A stretch of 64,000 nt of DNA from Macrostomum lignano (Eukaryota). The stretch covers positions 1-64,000 of the forward strand of contig NIVC01003056.1 of assembly GCA_002269645.1 (NCBI GenBank), read 5' to 3'. Position numbers and translations under genes: made by a program. Every line of letters starts with the position of its first letter. Position 1 is the first letter of the stretch. The notes under the pieces were generated by a model. That model was not told the DNA's origin. It ran no database searches and saw only the letters and a list, made by a program, of their open reading frames with translations. This document shows, piece after piece, positions 1 to 10,207 of this stretch.

Positions 1-38
1 TTCAAACAAAATGTCTTCCAAGAAAAATTTGCAACGAC

Positions 39-1973
39 TTGGCAACAAAGCACTTGCTATCTTCATTTGTTGATAAAGAAAAGAGAGAGCAGGACAAGGT
101 CACCACAGAGGCATCAAGCGGAGCGGAAGAACAACGGATGGACGTCGATGAAGGTGACCAGGAAGAGTTAAGTAATGTTGACTTTGATGAGATGGAGTGG
201 AATCGTGATGCAGACGACATCTCCGAAGATGACACCGAAGAAGAGGAGAGAGAGGAAGATAATCGGCCTTTAGAAGTAAAGCTAGAAGCATTGCTTCTTC
301 TATTTCTCTCAACGTACAATATTTCTCGCAGCGCCATGGCTTTCCTTCTCGCCGGACTTCGAGAAATCGGCATTCCTGCTCCAAAATCTGTTTTCCGACT
401 GGAACGGCTTCTGAAGAAAGAATTTCCTGTAGGGGAATTACTGGCCATGGGGGATGGACATTTTAAGTACATCTCAATACTCAATAATCTCCAACTATTA
501 ACTCGTCATGGTTACTGCAACTTGCGCGCTGAAAATCTGCAGAAATCAAGTGGTTCAACAAAAGTGTACACATTTGAGGCCCACCTGAATAGTGACGGAT
601 GTCCTCTTTTCCGTGCGAGTCAATTTGGCTTGTGGCCATTATTAATGACAATTCCAAAAGCATTCGCTAAGCCATTTCCGGTGGCAATTTGGGCTGGTAT
701 AGGCAAGCCACCATTAAAAGAATATTTGCAAGAATTCTGCGCGGAGGCGACGATGTTCTTATCTGAACCCGTTAAAATCTCCGATGAGATAAGCATCATG
801 CTCTCCGCTATTTACTTTATATGCGACACCCCTGCGCGCAACTTCCTAATGTGCACATCCGGTCACACATCTTACGTTGGTTGTCAATACTGTAGAGCCG
901 TGGGTTCACGTGACGACAACAGAGTTGTCTTTTCAACAACCATCGCCGAGAGTCGTTGTGGACAGATATATCGCGAAGGAGGTGAAAGCAATCAAGCTGA
1001 ATCTAAAATATTGTCACCGCTGCTGCACTTGCCGAATATGGACTTCGCGAACTGGTTCCCACTCGATTTTCAGCATGCAATCTGTCTTGGAGCCGTGAGA
1101 AAAATTATGAACTTTTATTTTGGAAAAGGAGGCTGCAAACATTCTAGGAAGACAGTTAAACATCTGTCGGACTACATTGATGAAATTGCCTGCTGGACTC
1201 CAAGCAACTTTCAAAGAAGGCCACGGCGCATTGACAAGTGCTTGTCATTTCTGAAGGCAACTGAATTCAGACAGTATGTTTTGTATCTGGGTCCTGTACT
1301 TTTTAAGAGATACATACCAGAAAAACTTTACAAAAACTTCTTACTTTTGCACTTTGCCGTGTTCTGCTACTCATCCGAGAAGTACTCTGAACTTTGGTCT
1401 CAAGCAAAAAGTTGTATCGAAGTCTTTGTAGAGCAATTGTCCAAAATGTTTGGCAAAAAAGCTATCAGCTACAACATTCACGCTCTGCTTCATTTCGACT
1501 ACTTTGTAAGGAAATTTGGTAATCTGAACAACTTTTCGACTTTTCCCTTTGAGAACTATCTTGGTTCCATAAAGAGGAAAATTAAAGTCACCAGGCATCC
1601 AGCTGCACATGCTGTTGTTCAAGCGCTCAAAGTTCGAAATTTGAATTTGAAGGATCATTGTCTCCCGCCCTTAAAGTACAGCACAAAGAAGGGTGACAAC
1701 TGCTGCTTCGTTGGTTCGCAGTGTGTGCTAATTCAACACGTGACTATTAACGGCAAAGTGTCAGGTAGAATTCTGCGGCCTACTGAAAGCCTCTATACGT
1801 ATCCATTCCCTTCGCTGCTTCTTGGAATTGGTGTATATCACCTGACATCCGAGATCACGACTGGACAACCAAGCCGCAAATGTTGGCTCCTACCCCATGC
1901 GACTTCGGCAGCAGCTGAGGGCGAGACAGTGGACTCATTCTATGTAATTCCACTAGCAGGGCACGATGAATAG
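39..1973 (+). CDS. CACTA/EnSpm (CMC superfamily) DDE transposase, 644 aa, no visible disablement; frame stays open to the window edge, so the true start is uncertain
   Basis: Motif series typical of animal EnSpm/CACTA transposases: LNSDGCPLF..S...LWPL; ICDTPAR.F....GH.SY.GCQYC; D..H.I.LG.VRK; F.RRPR......LKATEFRQ..LY.GP; YNIHALLH....V..FG.L..FS.FPFENYLG.IK. Position 39 is TTG; the first in-frame ATG is ~138. Confidence 0.85.
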   Translation: MATKHLLSSFVDKEKREQDKVTTEASSGAEEQRMDVDEGDQEELSNVDFDEMEWNRDADDISEDDTEEEEREEDNRPLEVKLEALLLLFLSTYNISRSAMAFLLAGLREIGIPAPKSVFRLERLLKKEFPVGELLAMGDGHFKYISILNNLQLLTRHGYCNLRAENLQKSSGSTKVYTFEAHLNSDGCPLFRASQFGLWPLLMTIPKAFAKPFPVAIWAGIGKPPLKEYLQEFCAEATMFLSEPVKISDEISIMLSAIYFICDTPARNFLMCTSGHTSYVGCQYCRAVGSRDDNRVVFSTTIAESRCGQIYREGGESNQAESKILSPLLHLPNMDFANWFPLDFQHAICLGAVRKIMNFYFGKGGCKHSRKTVKHLSDYIDEIACWTPSNFQRRPRRIDKCLSFLKATEFRQYVLYLGPVLFKRYIPEKLYKNFLLLHFAVFCYSSEKYSELWSQAKSCIEVFVEQLSKMFGKKAISYNIHALLHFDYFVRKFGNLNNFSTFPFENYLGSIKRKIKVTRHPAAHAVVQALKVRNLNLKDHCLPPLKYSTKKGDNCCFVGSQCVLIQHVTINGKVSGRILRPTESLYTYPFPSLLLGIGVYHLTSEITTGQPSRKCWLLPHATSAAAEGETVDSFYVIPLAGHDE

Positions 1974-2425
1974 ATTTCTCAGGTAAATATAGTTCATTGG
2001 CCTTTCTACTTACTTGTGTCTGTGTTTTATCAATCAATTTAAATAAACACCTGTCAGTAAATTAAAAAAGTTCTAAATTATTATTTAATTATTTAATTAG
2101 ATTCAATTATCGACTTTCATTTCTAAAATAATTATGTTAACAGGATCGATAGCGTCATCGACATCTTCCGATTCGTCCTGCGCTGTGTCCCAGAGAAGAT
2201 GAAGTAAAGCTGTGATTCCATAAAGCAGCTAGAACAGCTGGAATTCCATAAAGACTGGAGAGGGCTGATAATAAGTAGAGCCATAAGTTTTCATGGAGTC
2301 TTGTGAAAGCCTTCACTTCCTATCCTGTATACCAAAATGAGTCGTCTGTATGTACAGTATGTATGAATGTTATTTTTAAACCCCCATCTCGATCATTTGT
2401 AGAAGTCTGTGTCACTGTCAGTGTA

Positions 2426-2545
2426 ACACAAACACACACATATATATATATTATATATATATATATATATGTGTGTATATATATGTACATATATATATAT
2501 AAAACATATATATATGTGTGTGTGTGTTTGTGTGTATATATATAC
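2426..2545. repeat. Compound (CA)n-(TA)n-(TG)n microsatellite, quasi-palindromic
   Basis: ACACACACA TATATATA...TATATATA TGTGTGTG read directly. Confidence 0.9.
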
Positions 2546-4366
2546 TTGTGTTGTTCCCTTGCTCCCCATTCATATTTTATTACCTTTGCGACTTACTGTG
2601 TATATTCTTGTTAACCTGTGCTTGTGTTGTGAGCCAGCCACAGCACAAGTCGTGCTGGTTTCTACGATATCCCACTATGAAAAATCCATGGAACTAGCTC
2701 TTGTTGAGGCATCAAACTAGCTATCGAGACTTTATTTTTAAGCCTCGTATTCTAATTCTATGCTAGATTTCCAGGAATTCGAGGCTGGTTCGAGAATAGT
2801 TTGCGAAAACGCTACCCTAGAACACCTGGTGTTTCCGTGTCCTTAATATGGCTTGTGTAAAATCCGAGACCTCTCTGTCTCCTTTCTTTATTGCATTTCC
2901 TAAGGGAAGCTAACAAAGGGGAATCACAGTCACTGAACAAAGTAAGCACTAAGGGTTGCGTAAATACTCGTATGAATTGCGTTTTAGACCGCTTTATTAA
3001 TCAAGCCATATTGTTATGAACCCCTTTTCGCGATCGATTCTTCAACTATATAGTTGAGATTATTCTCACTGCTCCCAAAAAATTACTAAGCTAAGGCCCC
3101 AAAGCCTTCAAATTTGTGCAGACCTTGTGCAGTATGTTTACATCCGAATGCTAAATATTCAAATGAGTGCGTTACTAAGTGTCAAGCTAAATATTACTTT
3201 AGAGTTAATCTTCAAGTTCAATGCTTGGCAGGCTTGTCATTTGAGTATTCGAATTCTCAGTAAAGAGTATTGCAGCTTTTATCTAAAGGCAAATTTCTCA
3301 ATGACTCGTAAACTTGTGCACCCAGGTCAAGTAATTTTCCAAGAAATGCCTTTTCTATTCATCCTGTGTGAGCATTTTTGTAAGAATTAGCTGGTAAAAT
3401 AAACTGAGTCTTGCTTTCAATTCCTTGCAATCAATATACATGTACCTATATTTGAAAATGAGGAACCTAATACTTGTGTTGCTTTATTATTGTCAGATTA
3501 TAGTTTTTAGTATATACATGTTAGGACATAGATAACTTTAATGGAGACTCAGATATGAGATTCTAACCGATTATTAGAGCGTGCCAGTCGGTGTCACCCA
3601 CAAAAAGAATGTCTCTATCTCAATCAGCTTTCGACTTCGAGATTTTTGAAGGGCGCTTATGCTTTCGCAGTTTTTGTACAGATGTTAAGAAACGGCGAAT
3701 GCAACTGCTTGTTATTCTGAGTCTGTTTGAAATATCTGATACCATTGTTTTTTCGTAACTTGTGATACGGTATACATGTATATAATTAAGCCAATATATA
3801 CCAAAGCTCTATACGAAAGAACAAAGCAAACCAAACAAAGATTTCCTAGCTCTGCTTCTCCCCTTTTCCCCTTAAGAGTGGTGTGCCACGATTTGCATGG
3901 ATTTGGCCTTAAAAAATCGGGATACCGAACCGAAGCAACTGAAGCAGAAATTCGTTTCTGCGTTGTGCCTCTAACGGGCGACAGTGATTAGATTCAAACG
4001 GATTTGTTATTAGCTCGACTCGTATATAGCCTAAAGTTTATGTCAAGATTTCTAGATTGTATATTGGTATTAATTGAAACGTATATCGTTTCCCACAGCT
4101 GTTTTGGAATCATCAATCAGCTGCTTTGATTTCTCGACTCCGCCCCGAATGCATTTGCCGAAAAAACTACTAGCTTATGCGACTGTGAACTGGCATCATC
4201 GATACACAAAGAGACTGAAACCTCGAGAACGCTAGCTATAAGTCCGTTTTTTGTTCTGCCTTGCTTTCTTGGTTCTGCTTTGTTGAAGGCCTTCCTAATG
4301 TATCAAAACCAAGATTTATATCTGTTTAGCTGCATAGCTAACAAAAATCGTGGAAACCCATTCTAT

Positions 4367-5570
4367 TCATGGTCTGAGAACCCTGATCATGCATGGACGA
4401 CTATATATAAGCACCCGGACAGGAAACGGAAAATACATTATTTTTTTCTGTACAACATGGGGCAAAGTTTCCTTTCTGAGGAAGAGAGGAGTGGGGGCCC
4501 TTCTCCGCAACACTCTTTCCCTCACGGCATCCCAAACAAGCAAACGCGTACATATCGCGTTCCAGCCTGAAGCCAAAGTGAGCAAGTGCATGAAAAGACA
4601 GTGACACAGACTGTGGGGTTGTACATTGACAAGTGGTTTGAATAAGGATAACTGTTGCCTTTTCTCCTCGATTGCACTATAATTTAGTGACTCTAAAACG
4701 TTATTTATCTGCATTTTTTCACCAACTGTTTGCTGATTATTTTAAATTGCCAATCCTGCATAAATAAACAGTGCCGAATTCTGAAATAGTAGTTATTGGC
4801 ATTGGCATGTCATCAATAAATGAGATTCTGTCTTGCGCTCAAAACTTATTTTCCATGATTGATTCTTTTGGTGGCTGAGGAACGGACTGGCTGGGGGAAG
4901 AAAGAATGCCCTCATCTTGTACAGGCGGCAATTTCGCTTTCAGTCCAGTAGAATCTAGGAGTCCATGGATCGTGCCTGGATCAAACAAAGAGGCTGGAAA
5001 AAAAACTTTTTTCTTATCGGGGGAGTATCGGACGAGACAGTAGAAACCTGGTGGCGTGGCAAAAAAGATGTCGGAAGGAGAAGCTCGAGAGGCTAATAAA
5101 TTAGATTTTTGCTTCTAAATGGAAGAAGCAAAAGAGATAAAGGGTTCCGAATGCCGTGGGTATCCTCATGCCCATTTCCAAACATATACAATATAGACAG
5201 GTAAAGTGAAGTAAAAAAGCCTCTAGGACCATAAAAATGGTTTATCTCACCGCTCGATCGATACAGAGCGGGTCTCTTTCTTGGACAGAGCATTTGTCCA
5301 ACAGATACGGCTCTGTTGGACCAATGCTATACTTTTTGCGGCCTCAGTCATACATATCGGGGGAAGAACCTTCTGTGTTGATTTTTCGTCCCGGCAAGCC
5401 TCGAGATTTGGTCTGTGACTCGAAGAATAAGAACAAAGAGGTTCGGTTGTCTCCAGAGCGGCCAGATGTGGGTCTGCGATCTGTGAAGCATCTGCATTTG
5501 GCCCCCTGTCTTTAGCAAACTCAGCATTGCTTTTCCTGTGCCTGGTCCCCTGGGTCCAGGAAACTGCTTT
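4367..5570 (-). pseudogene. Possible degraded reading frame of unknown (probably TE) origin
   Basis: Hand translation of the minus strand gives a long frame broken by only a few stops (EFAKDRGPNADASQIADPHL...GFYCLVRYSPDKKKVFFPASLFDPG...); the 115-aa ORF 4367-4714 lies downstream. No family motif recognised. Confidence 0.2.
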
Positions 5571-5646
5571 CTCCTGGTCAAGGAAGCTGTATTAGTAGAC
5601 CCAAACATGAAATTCTACAGATCACTAGAGCGTATCAGTCGGTGTC

Positions 5647-8600
5647 ATCTGTAGAATTTCATATTTGACTCTAGTAATACAGCTTGGCAATTGCTGATTG
5701 ATTATCCTGGATTTCCCGTATTTTAATGCATAGAAAATTTTCCGGAATCGCCGCCTTGGAATATCTAGAAAGCAGATTAAGCTAGAGACATGATTCTTTT
5801 TGGGGAAGACAGGGACTGACACGCTCTAATGATCTGTAGAATCTCATATCTGAGTCTTCTAATACAGCTTGGCAATTTGTGATTGATTTTCCTGGATTTC
5901 CCTTATTTAAATACATAGAAATTTTCCGGAATCTCCGCCTTCGAATATCTGGAAAGCAGATTAAGCTAGAGACACGATTCTTTCTGGGGAAGACAGGGAC
6001 TGACACGCTCTAATGATCTGTAGAATCTCATATCTGAGTCTTCTAATACAGCTTGGCAATTTGTGATTGATTTTCGCGAATTTCACCATTTGAATGCATT
6101 GCAATTTTCTGGAATCGCCGTTTTTGAGTGAATATCTGGAAAGCAGATTAAGCTAGAGACACGATTCTTTCTGGGAAAGACAGGGACTGACACGCTCTAA
6201 TGATCTGTAGAATCTCATATCTGAGTCTTCTAATACAGCTTGGCAATTTGTGATTGATTTTCCTGGATTTCCCTTATTTAAATACAGAAATTTTCCGGAA
6301 TCTCCGCCTTCGAATATCTGGAAAGCAGATTAAGCTAGAGACATGATTCTTTCTAGGGAAGATAGGGACTGACACGCTCTAATGATCTGTAGAATCTCAT
6401 ATCTGAGTCTTCTAATACAGCTTGGCAATTTGTGATTGATTTTCCTGGATTTCCCTTATTTAAATACAGAAATTTTCCGGAATCTCCGCCTTCGAATATC
6501 TGGAAAGCAGATTAAGCTAGAGACATGATTCTTTCTAGAGAAGATAGGGACTGACACGCTCTAATGATCTGTAGAATCTCATATCTGTGTCTTCTAATAC
6601 AGCTTGGCAATTGCTGATTGATTTTCGCGAATTTCACCATTTGAATGCATTGCAATTTTCTGGAATCGCCATTTTTGAATGAATATCTGGAAAGCAGATT
6701 AAGCTAGAGACACGATTCTTTCTGGGGAAGACAGGGACTGACACGCTCTAATGATCTGTAGAATCTCATATCTAAGTCTTCTAATACAGCTTGGCAATTT
6801 GTGATTGATTTTCCTGGATTTCCCTTATTTAAATACATAGAAATTTTCCGGAATCTCCGCCTTCGAATATCTGGAAAGCAGATTAAGCTAGAGACATGAT
6901 TCTTTCTAGAGAAGATAGGGACTGACACGCTCTAATGATCTGTAGAATCTCATATCTGAGTCTTCTAATACAGCTTGGCAATTGCTGATTGATTTTCGCG
7001 AATTTCACCATTTGAATGCATTGCAATTTTCTGGAATCGCCATTTTTGAATGAATATCTGGAAGGCAGATTAAGCTAGAGACACGATTCTTTCTGGGGAA
7101 GACAGGGACTGACACGCTCTAATGATCTGTAGAATCTCATATCTGAGTCTTCTAATACAGCTTGGCAATTTGTGATTGATTTTCCTGGATTTCCCTTATT
7201 TAAATACAGAAATTTTCCGGAATCTCCGCCTTCGAATATCTGGAAAGCAGATTAAGCTAGAGACACGATTCTTTCTGGGGAAGACAGGGACTGACACGCT
7301 CTAATGATCTGTAGAATCTCATATCTAAGTCTTCTAATACAGCTTGGCAATTTGTGATTGATTTTCCTGGATTTCCCTTATTTAAATACATAGAAATTTT
7401 CCGGAATCTCCGCCTTCGAATATCTGGAAAGCAGATTAAGCTAGAGACACGATTCTTTCTGGGGAAGACAGGGACTGACACGCTCCAATGATCTGTAGAA
7501 TCTCATATCTGAGTCTTCTAATACAGCTTGGCAATTGCTGATTGATTTTCGCGAATTTCACCATTTGAATGCATTGCAATTTTCTAGAATCGCCATTTTT
7601 GAATGAATATCTGGAAGGCAAATTAAGCTAGAGACACGATTCTTTCTGGGGAAGACAGGGACTGACACGCTCTAATGATCTGTAGAATCTCATATCTGAG
7701 TCTTCTAATACAGCTTGGCAATTTGTGATTGATTTTCCTGGATTTCCCTTATTTAAATACAGAAATTTTCCGGAATCTCCGCCTTCGAATATCTGGAAAG
7801 CAGATTAAGCTAGAGACATGATTCTTTCTAGGGAAGACAGGGACTGACACGCTCTAATGATCTGTAGAATCTCATATCTAAGTCTTCTAATACAGCTTGG
7901 CAATTTGTGATTGATTTTCCTGGATTTCCCTTATTTAAATACATAGAAATTTTCCGGAATCTCCGCCTTCGAATATCTGGAAAGCAGATTAAGCTAGAGA
8001 CATGATTCTTTCTAGGGAAGATAGGGACTGACACGCTCCAATGATCTGTAGAATCTCATATCTGAGTCTTCTAATACAGCTTGGCAATTGCTGATTGATT
8101 TTCGCGAATTTCACCATTTGAATGCATTGCAATTTTCTGGAATCGCCATTTTTGAATGAATATCGGGAAAGCAGATTAAGCTAGAGACACGATTCTTTCT
8201 GGGGAAGACAGGGACTGACACGCTCTAATGATCTGTAGAATCTCATATCTGAGTCTTCTAATACAGCTTGGCAATTTGTGATTGATTTTCCTGGATTTCC
8301 CTTATTTAAATACATAGAAATTTTCCGGAATCTCCGCCTTCGAATATCTGGAAAGCAGATTAAGCTAGAGACATGATTCTTTCTAGAGAAGATAGGGACT
8401 GACACGCTCTAATGATCTGTAGAATCTCATATCTAAGTCTTCTAATACAGCTTGGCAATTTGTGATTGATTTTCCTGGATTTCCCTTATTTAAATACATA
8501 GAAATTTTCCGGAATCTCCGCCTTCGAATATCTGGAAAGCAGATTAAGCTAGAGACATGATTCTTTCTAGAGAAGATAGGGACTGACACGCTCTAATGAT

Positions 8601-9415
8601 CTGTAGAATCTCATATCTGTGTCTTCTAATACAGCTTGGCAATTGCTGATTGATTTTCGCGAATTTCACCATTTGAATGCATTGCAATTTTCTGGAATCG
8701 CCATTTTTGAATGAATATCTGGAAAGCAGATTAAGCTAGAGACACGATTCTTTCTGGGGAAGACAGGGACTGACACGCTCTAATGATCTGTAGAATCTCA
8801 TATCTGAGTCTTCTAATACAGCTTGGCAATTTGTGATTGATTTTCCTGGATTTCCCTTATTTAAATACATAGAAATTTTCCGGAATCTCCGCCTTCGAAT
8901 ATCTGGAAAGCAGATTAAGCTAGAGACACGATTCTTTCTGGGGAAGACAGGGACTGACACGCTCTAATGATCTGTAGAATCTCATATCTAAGTCTTCTAA
9001 TACAGCTTGGCAATTTGTGATTGATTTTCGCGAATTTCACCATTTGAATGCATTGCAATTTTCTGGAATCGCCGTTTTTGAGTGAATATCTGGAAAGCAG
9101 ATTAAGCTAGAGACACGATTCTTTCTGGGGAAGACAGGGACTGACACGCTCTAATGATCTGTAGAATCTCATATCTAAGTCTTCTAATACAGCTTGGCAA
9201 TTGCTGATTGATTTTCCTGTATTTCCCTATTAAAATGCATTGGAATTTTCCGGAATCTTCGCATTGGAATATCTAGAAAGCAGATTAAGCTAGAGACACG
9301 ATTCTTTCTGGGGATGACACCGACTGATACGCTCTAGTGATCTGTAGAATTTCATATTTGAGTCTTCTAATACAGCTTGGCAATTTCTGATTGTTCTTAC
9401 TGGATTTCCCATTTA
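5647..9415 (+). repeat. Satellite array, ~20 monomers of 182-187 bp, two monomer types (A 182/184 bp, B 187 bp)
   Basis: Anchor GACACGCTC recurs at 5818, 6002, 6189, 6371, 6553, 6740, 6924, 7111, 7293, 7477, 7664, 7846, 8030, 8217, 8401, 8585, 8772, 8956, 9143 (diverged copy at 9326). B monomers carry TTTTCGCGAATTTCACCATTTGAATGC. Confidence 0.97.
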
Positions 9416-9955
9416 AGAATTGATGACGACACTCATAAAGCAGAAATTTAAAAAATCATCAAAGTTTCATTTCGTAGTTACCTACTTTCAGTAGCATTTA
9501 TTGAAAAATTCTTGGCTGAAAGATTCTGAAAAAGCTACTTTTTTGCCGAGAATGATTTTGATAACATACGAGCGTATTATTTCTTGAAATGAGGTTATAG
9601 ACTTGAAAATTGTTCAACAAATAAAAATGGAGATCCAGGAACATAAAATTACTAATAATAGACCCTAGACTTATGAAAAGCGTGTTTTTTTACACAGTGC
9701 CCCCCACTCTGCGCCCTCTCGATGGTAAGTAGTACAGTGAAAATTGTGAAAAACTCGGCGTCGAAATTTCGATGTTCTGGCGCCCAGCGCCATCTGTTGG
9801 ACCGGGCGCCAGTGCACCACTGGGTTAGAATGTTACTTTTATAAAACTTTTTTCTACTCTGAAATAAAAATAAAAACTTGGTATATTGATACTTTTATTG
9901 CAACTAACCCCTTTTAATTTTAAAGCAATTATTTTTTAATAATTAAAATACCACA

Positions 9956-10207
9956 CTTAGAGACATGGCAACCGTGTCTATAATGCAAAAACTTATAGAC
10001 ACCGCGGCCATGTCTCTAAGTTTCTGCATTATAGGCATGGCCACTGTGTCTACAAGTATGGACCTAGTCACTATTAGAGACATGGTCACTGTGTCAATAA
10101 AACTTGCATGGCAGCTGTATTGTTAATATTGAATGGGTATGGGTTCACACTTTGAGACATGGTGGGTGGCTGTGTTGTTAATATTGAATGGGTTCATACT
10201 TATAGAC
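9956..10207. repeat. Degenerate palindromic repeats (TAGAGACATGG..GTGTCT) that continue past the MULE at 13056-13125
   Basis: 9956-10020 folds as a ~28-bp imperfect stem with a 9-nt loop; related units occur at 10030-10200, 13056-13125 and ~13530-13590. Confidence 0.7.

Noticed and set aside
5782-8960. Repeated 68-74-aa MSVP(V/I)F ORFs
   Set aside because: Products of the satellite monomer; many have non-ATG starts and no coding signal.
5647-9415. CRISPR-like regular array
   Set aside because: Monomers are fully repeated with no unique spacers, there are no cas genes, and the context is eukaryotic.
9693-9699. CACAGTG as a RAG recombination signal heptamer
   Set aside because: No correctly spaced nonamer and no antigen-receptor context.
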